Made by a program: the position numbers and the translations under genes. Of a stretch of 64,000 nt of DNA, positions 59,280 to 64,000 are shown in pieces. Source of the stretch: a virus; IMG/VR virus record IMGVR_UViG_3300032289_001431, positions 8,532-72,531 of that record. One strand, 5' to 3'. The number at the start of each line of letters is the position of its first letter. Position 1 is the stretch's first letter. Under the pieces are notes generated by a model. That model had not been told where the DNA came from and ran no database searches. It saw nothing but the letters and a program-made list of their open reading frames with translations.

Positions 59280-59699
59280 TTAATTTATCAGATTTCTATT
59301 ATTTGTCAAGAAATGTTTTTCCCTGTGACAATTTGCACAAAGTACTTCGCATTTTTGAATTTCCAATAAAACAGTTTCCCAAGAACATCTACCAACAGCC
59401 ATTGATGCTACGTCAAAATTTTTATCATCGTTTTTATGATGAAAATCTAAAACATACCAACGGTTTTCATTACAATTAATACATTTTAACGTTTTTTTAT
59501 AATCTATATATTTTTGTTTTTGATTTTTTTGATATTTTTTTCTAGTTTCTAATTCATTTTTTATATTTTTTTTAAAATCTTCTATTCTTCTTTTTTTAGA
59601 ACAAGTTTTACAATAAGATTGTAATCCATTTAATTTTTTATTATTTTTATAAAATTTTTCTTCGGATAGTAATTCTAAACATATTGGACATTTTTTCAT
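59280..59699 (-). CDS. HNH endonuclease with zinc fingers
   Basis: CPIC, F......G....CKTC, C..C, LDFHH, EIQKCEVLCANCH. Confidence 0.85.
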   Translation of the reverse strand: MKKCPICLELLSEEKFYKNNKKLNGLQSYCKTCSKKRRIEDFKKNIKNELETRKKYQKNQKQKYIDYKKTLKCINCNENRWYVLDFHHKNDDKNFDVASMAVGRCSWETVLLEIQKCEVLCANCHREKHFLTNNRNLIN

Positions 59700-59715
59700 A
59701 TTAATTTAATTTAAT

Positions 59716-59789
59716 TGGTGGAGGATTAGGGAATTCAACCCTAGACTCCGCAGTGCAAGTGCAGCGTTTTAGCACTAAACTAATCCCCC
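59716..59789 (-). tRNA. tRNA-Ala(UGC), CCA encoded, C19-G56 elbow
   Basis: GGGGGAT/ATCCTCC acceptor with G3-U70; anticodon arm CTGCA-CTTGCAC-TGCGG; T arm TAGGG-TTGAATT-CCCTA. Confidence 0.88.
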
Positions 59790-59794
59790 GAAAA

Positions 59795-60247
59795 TGGTGG
59801 AGGTGAGGAGAGTTGAACTCCTGTCCAAATAATCTAACCTAAAAGGTCTACATGTTTTAGTATCTTTAGCATTTCAGCCACCATACGGTGACGAAGACTT
59901 TAGGCTGCTTGGCGATACTAACCGAGTTTTTAGTCTGCCTATAGACATTATCGCAGTCTATATACGGTTGATATTTTATTGTTACATCAGAACTACCAAC
60001 AATCTGACTTCCTCTGCTATCAATTAACCCTTAGAGGATCTAGGTTAAAGGTCTTAGGCTGCTAAGAGGTATTCCTCTTCAACGCCAACGAGATACTCGT
60101 CAGCATTGTTGAAGATATGCTCGGCTTCAGCCAAGATGGAGTCAGTATTGTCTGCTCTTAATCTTTCAATCGATTTTTTACGAGGCCATCGATCAACCTC
60201 GACATGCACTTTTAGTTTCAACTATCTGTCGAAACCAGTACACCCCC
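59795..60247 (-). ncRNA. ssrA: tmRNA; predicted tag ADNTDSILAEAEHIFNNADEYLVGVEEEYLLAA*
   Basis: 5' GGGGGTGTACTGGTTTCGAC and 3' GGACAGGAGTTCAACTCTCCTCACCTCCACCA, with G3-U in the acceptor; tag frame 60155-60054 ends LAA-TAA. Confidence 0.92.
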
Positions 60248-60269
60248 AAAATTTCAAAGATCCATAAAA

Positions 60270-60344
60270 TGGTACACGAGGAGGGATTTGAACCCCCGAC
60301 AGGTTCGGTGTAAACGAACTACTCTACCCCTGAGTTACTCGTGT
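60270..60344 (-). tRNA. tRNA-Val(UAC), CCA encoded
   Basis: ACACGAG/CTCGTGT acceptor; GTTCG-TTTACAC-CGAAC; T loop TTCAAAT. Confidence 0.9.
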
Positions 60345-61035
60345 GTATCTTATTACTTAATATCTTAAGCTCTTTTTGGATATTGTCAATTATAATTTTT
60401 TGTTCACCACCAAGATTTACATCTTGTGTTATTGCATCATAATCAGTTCCTACGTATGCTTGTATCTCATCATTGATTACATTACGAGCATAACCAAGAT
60501 CAATTAATGTGTTTTTCATTTTATTGAAAATGCTTTTTGGTAATTTTTTAATAATCAAATTAGCTTGTTTTTTATAATGAGGATACAAATAATAAAAAGC
60601 ATGACACACTTCATGATCGATTATATCTTTTTTATGTGGTTGAGATGCTATGATATAATATCTATCATTCGATTTTATTTTTTTTCTAATATCGGAACAT
60701 ATATCTTCAAAAACTTTATCATAAATATTATAATCCCAGTTATCGACATTAACATTAAAAACATTAAAAAAGTTTTCAATTACATTTGATGGTATATTAA
60801 AACCAGACCAATCAATAGGATAAGAAAAAAACTCTTCCCCACGATGAAAAGTATATAGTCTCTGAAAATCTATCATATTAAAAACTTTACCTCTTATTTT
60901 TTTAAATGGAGATTCGTAAAATTCTTGAACCCTACAAAAAGTCATCGTAAGGTCGTATGAATTGTCTATTGTTACTAAAAATATCTTTGGGTGTATTTCT
61001 GTAATTTTGTAATTAATTTTTATATTTTTATCCAT
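60319..61035 (-). CDS. HExxH-containing hypothetical protein
   Basis: F.RVQEFYESP, WSGFNIP, IDHEVCHA, DEIQAY; stop lies inside tRNA-Val. Confidence 0.7.
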   Translation of the reverse strand: MDKNIKINYKITEIHPKIFLVTIDNSYDLTMTFCRVQEFYESPFKKIRGKVFNMIDFQRLYTFHRGEEFFSYPIDWSGFNIPSNVIENFFNVFNVNVDNWDYNIYDKVFEDICSDIRKKIKSNDRYYIIASQPHKKDIIDHEVCHAFYYLYPHYKKQANLIIKKLPKSIFNKMKNTLIDLGYARNVINDEIQAYVGTDYDAITQDVNLGGEQKIIIDNIQKELKILSNKIHTSNSGVE

Positions 61036-61454
61036 GTGAATTTTGATTTTGGTAATTTATAAAAAAATTCTTTATTTTTTACCAATCTGTTCTTGTTTTC
61101 TTTTAAATTTTGTTCATTAATATATTCTGATATATTTTTTTTGCTTATGATTCCTATGTGAGAGTAGTCTTTTGATATTATTATATAAGATGTTTTACCA
61201 TCCGTAAAGAATTTATTTTTTCTTTCTGGTAGGTTAATTTCATCAAATGGGAAATTAACAGAGTCCCAATTTATCCGTCTTTCGATTTCAATTCTTAAAG
61301 AACCATCTTCGGATATAAGATCAACACCATACGGGTCTTTATTATCAACTAGTGTGATATTATGTGTTTTGAAAAAATTCTTAATAATAGTTCTAGATTT
61401 AGGATCATTTTGTTTAAATAAATTTTTGTTAAATTTTTTATGTATACCTTTCAT
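61020..61454 (-). CDS. Hypothetical protein, restriction-endonuclease-like fold possible
   Basis: YGVDL...IEIERR..W, P.RK.K; ATG 61454 is 8 nt after TTGATA-N16-TATACT. Confidence 0.6.
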   Translation of the reverse strand: MKGIHKKFNKNLFKQNDPKSRTIIKNFFKTHNITLVDNKDPYGVDLISEDGSLRIEIERRINWDSVNFPFDEINLPERKNKFFTDGKTSYIIISKDYSHIGIISKKNISEYINEQNLKENKNRLVKNKEFFYKLPKSKFTWIKI

Positions 61455-61502
61455 CACAAATAAGTATAAACATAATAAAAAAATTATCAATAATAAAAAT
61501 AA

Positions 61503-61584
61503 TGGGTAGGAGTGGACTCGAACCACTGAACTCCGAAGAGGGGAGATTTACAGTCTCCAGCAATTGCCGCTATGCGACCTACCC
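61503..61584 (-). tRNA. tRNA-Tyr(GUA), long variable arm, CCA not encoded
   Basis: GGGTAGG/CCTACCC acceptor; GGAGA-CTGTAAA-TCTCC; T loop TTCGAGT. Confidence 0.92.
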
Positions 61585-61589
61585 TAAAG

Positions 61590-61660
61590 CTACCTCGCAT
61601 AGACTCGAACTATGACAAAGAGTGCCAAAAACTCTTGTGCTACCATTACACCACGAGGTA
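61590..61660 (-). tRNA. tRNA-Gln(UUG), CCA not encoded
   Basis: TACCTCG/CGAGGTA (U1-A72); AGAGT-TTTTGGC-ACTCT; T loop TTCGAGT. Confidence 0.9.
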
Positions 61661-61669
61661 AAAATGTCA

Positions 61670-62668
61670 TTATATTTTAGTCGAATCTCCAGAAAATACA
61701 ATATCATCTTCTGTGATTCCGTTGATATTTCCATTAGAAATATAAAGACGAATAACATCTTTCATTTCATCTAAAGAATTATAAGTCCTAATTTGATTGA
61801 TAAAAAGTTTATAGATATTTAAAGTTTCTAATACATCACATTTATTAATGATAAGTTTAGTTACACCAGAAAGATTGATAGCTTGTAATAACAGTGGAAC
61901 ATTAAGATAATTTACAAGTCTTTTTCTATTGGTAGTAGTACCAAATTCTTTTCCTTCTTCTATAATCTTATTAAGTTCATCATTATCCCAAAGCGATTCG
62001 GGAAATAATGGATCTACTCCACTTTTAGTATCATATATTTTTACAACCCCAATAATTTCACGAATCTTTTTTGGAGAAAATCCAAGAGAACATGCGTTAT
62101 GTGGGAAAGTTTCAGAACTTGTTACATATGGATAAACTCCATAATTGATATCCAACCAGATTGATTGTGCTCCTTCGCATAATACTTTTCCATATATTTT
62201 TCCATCCCATAGATAATTTGATGTGATATAGTTTTTAATCTGTAAGCCAGAACGAACCATTTTATCAGCATAACAAGGCGCAATACCTTGACCTGTTGTT
62301 CCAAGTTTAGGTTTGAGTACATTTAAATCATACGATATATGATCGTTTGTAATAACATGAGCATTTGGATGGATTTTAACCAAAGACGTATCAAACCCGT
62401 TTTCTTTAAGATATTGGATTTCTTCATAAAATTTATCAATATTAATTACACAATTAGGACCGATAATAGAAGGTTTTCCGTGAAAAATACCACAAGGAAT
62501 TAAATGAGTTTTATATTTTTTCCCATCTAAATAAACAGTATGACCAGCATTCGGTCCACCGTTCCAACGACAGACCATATCATAGTCTTTCGCCATTGCA
62601 CTTGAAATTTTACCCTTGCCTTCATCACCCCAAGCAAGACCAACAATAACATCAACGTAATCAATCAT
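61670..62668 (-). CDS. purA: Adenylosuccinate synthetase (short form)
   Basis: WGDEGKGK, NGGPNAGHT, GTTGQGIAPCYADK, EGAQ, YPYVTSS, EFGTTTNRKR, NKCDVL. Confidence 0.92.
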   Translation of the reverse strand: MIDYVDVIVGLAWGDEGKGKISSAMAKDYDMVCRWNGGPNAGHTVYLDGKKYKTHLIPCGIFHGKPSIIGPNCVINIDKFYEEIQYLKENGFDTSLVKIHPNAHVITNDHISYDLNVLKPKLGTTGQGIAPCYADKMVRSGLQIKNYITSNYLWDGKIYGKVLCEGAQSIWLDINYGVYPYVTSSETFPHNACSLGFSPKKIREIIGVVKIYDTKSGVDPLFPESLWDNDELNKIIEEGKEFGTTTNRKRLVNYLNVPLLLQAINLSGVTKLIINKCDVLETLNIYKLFINQIRTYNSLDEMKDVIRLYISNGNINGITEDDIVFSGDSTKI

Positions 62669-62810
62669 TGGTTATAAAATCGTTTGTAACCCAAAGAACT
62701 TGAGCTATATTTTCATCATAATAACATATATATGTTTGAGTTTCTGTTACATCTAAAATTGAATGAATTTCAAATTTACTTTGATCTGGAAATGTACAAT
62801 ATTTTTTCAT
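62661..62810 (-). CDS. Small hypothetical protein (49 aa)
   Basis: MKNIVHFPDQSKFEIHSILDVTE...; fills the gap between a promoter and purA and overlaps the purA start. Confidence 0.5.
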   Translation of the reverse strand: MKKYCTFPDQSKFEIHSILDVTETQTYICYYDENIAQVLWVTNDFITND

Positions 62811-62850
62811 ACACTTAGTACATTATATCAACAATGTTTAAAATGCAAGA

Positions 62851-62885
62851 AAAAAGGCTTTGCTATTTTTTAGCAAAGCCTTTTT
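62851..62885. terminator. Bidirectional intrinsic terminator
   Basis: AAAAAGGCTTTGCTA-TTTTT-TAGCAAAGCCTTTTT. Confidence 0.85.
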
Positions 62886-62905
62886 GAATCTAACTAACTA
62901 GAAGA

Positions 62906-63139
62906 TTATGCCCATTGAACTACAGGAGCGGAAAGAACTTCAGTTGCTCTTGCTGTTGCGGATTCATTTGTCCAAACACCAGCGGCTGTGTATTCGGCAT
63001 CACCCTTCCAGAGAACTACTGGACGAGGAAGACCTTTTACACGAGCAATGATCGTCTTCTCTTCAAATAAATCTCTAACTGCCAAGATATTGACGGCTGA
63101 AAGACTTACTGTTTGTTGAGGTTGTGTTACGATATTCAT
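62906..63139 (-). CDS. Small protein (77 aa), possibly fibre chaperone/virion protein
   Basis: ATG 63139 after an A-tract; LWKGDAEYTAAGVWT; follows the fibre gene. Confidence 0.65.
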   Translation of the reverse strand: MNIVTQPQQTVSLSAVNILAVRDLFEEKTIIARVKGLPRPVVLWKGDAEYTAAGVWTNESATARATEVLSAPVVQWA

Positions 63140-63261
63140 TTTATTTTTGTTTTTTTTTTTGGTTGGTTGTTTATGGATTCGTTGTATCCCCCTTACACCC
63201 ATAAGAGGCGATTCCTTTCTATTAATATTTATCTTTGATTGATACTATTTCTAGTGATTTT

Positions 63262-63999
63262 TTATGCACGAACCGATGAAAGAGATCCAGTATTTGTAAC
63301 AAATACTCTATAACGTGTTCCGTTTGCACTCTTAAGAATTACTGATGAATTTGAATCAGCAACTTCCAATGCATTTACATATGTAAAGTTAGCAGAAAGA
63401 GCAGTTACATTAGAACCAATGATGTGTGCATTGTTAATTATATCAATGGTGTTATTATATCCACCGAGAATTGAACTACAAAATGAATCACCAATAATGC
63501 AGTTGTTAGTACCACCAGCAATTACCGTAGATTGACCATCAATTATATTACAACATCCAGCACCGATAAAGGAATAACCACAACCAGTTGTTATGGGATT
63601 TTCATTGATAATGTTACAAAATCCACCTGCAATTGTGTCGTATTGATTATTAACAAGATTACAATATCCACCACTTACGGTTGAATAACAACCACTTGCA
63701 GTATTACAACGACCACCGCCTACGGTTGAAGCACCGCTACTTGCAGTATTACCCTGACCACCACTTACGGTTGAATTATAATAACTTGCAGTATTACTAT
63801 ATCCACCACTTACGGTTGAACCACTACAACTTGCAGTATTACTATGTCCACCACTTACAGTTGAAGCATTACCACTTGCAGTATTATCTCTTCCACCACT
63901 TACGGTTGAAAAACAACAACTTGCAGTATTACCACATCCACCACCTACGGTTGAATAATAACCACTTGCAGTATTAAAATATCCACCACCTACGGTTGA
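63262..63999 (-). CDS. Fibre/adhesin-like protein, C-terminal part (5' end outside window)
   Basis: Open frame with STV(S/G)GGxxNTASxxx repeats, ending ...VILKSANGTRYRVFVTNTGSLSSVRA*; absent from the ORF track because it runs off the edge. Confidence 0.85.
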   Translation of the reverse strand, partial: STVGGGYFNTASGYYSTVGGGCGNTASCCFSTVSGGRDNTASGNASTVSGGHSNTASCSGSTVSGGYSNTASYYNSTVSGGQGNTASSGASTVGGGRCNTASGCYSTVSGGYCNLVNNQYDTIAGGFCNIINENPITTGCGYSFIGAGCCNIIDGQSTVIAGGTNNCIIGDSFCSSILGGYNNTIDIINNAHIIGSNVTALSANFTYVNALEVADSNSSVILKSANGTRYRVFVTNTGSLSSVRA

Positions 64000-64000
64000 A
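63661..64000. repeat. 45-bp in-frame tandem repeat array (at least 7 units)
   Basis: ACTTGCAGTATT at 63694, 63739, 63784, 63829, 63874, 63919 and 63964. Confidence 0.95.

Noticed and set aside
59900-59909. Second AGCAGCCTAA (Ala-Ala-stop) inside the tmRNA as a backup tag end
   Set aside because: It is in a different frame from the tag and preceded by an in-frame TAG a few codons upstream, so it cannot be translated as a degron.
61670-62668. PurZ (2-aminoadenine Z-genome pathway)
   Set aside because: The motif is GDEGKG with the PurA Asp, not the GSTGKG-type Ser of PurZ; no dATPase partner is seen nearby.
63661-64000. CRISPR array
   Set aside because: The period is exactly 45 bp, variable parts are only 6-9 nt, the frame is open on the - strand, and no cas genes are present. 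The + strand 98-aa ORF is a shadow of this repeat.

Overview
A 64-kb, strongly AT-rich fragment of a large T4-like (myovirus-type) bacteriophage genome, read with the standard genetic code. 1-22.5 kb (+) is a recombination/replication block: gp47, gp46, family-B DNA polymerase, ThyX, UvsX, gp41 helicase, a DHH phosphoesterase, gp32 and a gp45-like clamp. A ten-gene glycan-synthesis cassette separates gp47 from gp46, and a further glycosyltransferase sits between gp46 and the polymerase. 23.5-43.8 kb (mostly -) holds contractile tail and baseplate genes plus the terminase. Its gp5 is split into two genes, and the gp5 OB fold carries an inserted, circularly permuted M23 peptidase. 43.8-59.7 kb holds putative internal head proteins, PhoH, a neck protein, nuclease/ATPase, NrdB/NrdA, an NDP-rhamnose-type reductase, HNH genes, dCMP deaminase and a Thr/Pro-rich protein. 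59.7-61.7 kb (-) is an RNA cluster of tRNA-Gln, -Tyr, -Val, -Ala and a tmRNA with a 33-codon tag; the tRNA-Ala has an inverted elbow pair. PurA and the C-terminal part of a repeat-rich fibre gene follow. Two promoter-like motifs (sigma70-like TTG..N16-17..TA...T and late-like TAA(A/G)TA) lie a few bases before start codons with no Shine-Dalgarno signals, implying largely leaderless mRNAs. All calls come from reading motifs by eye; no searches were run.
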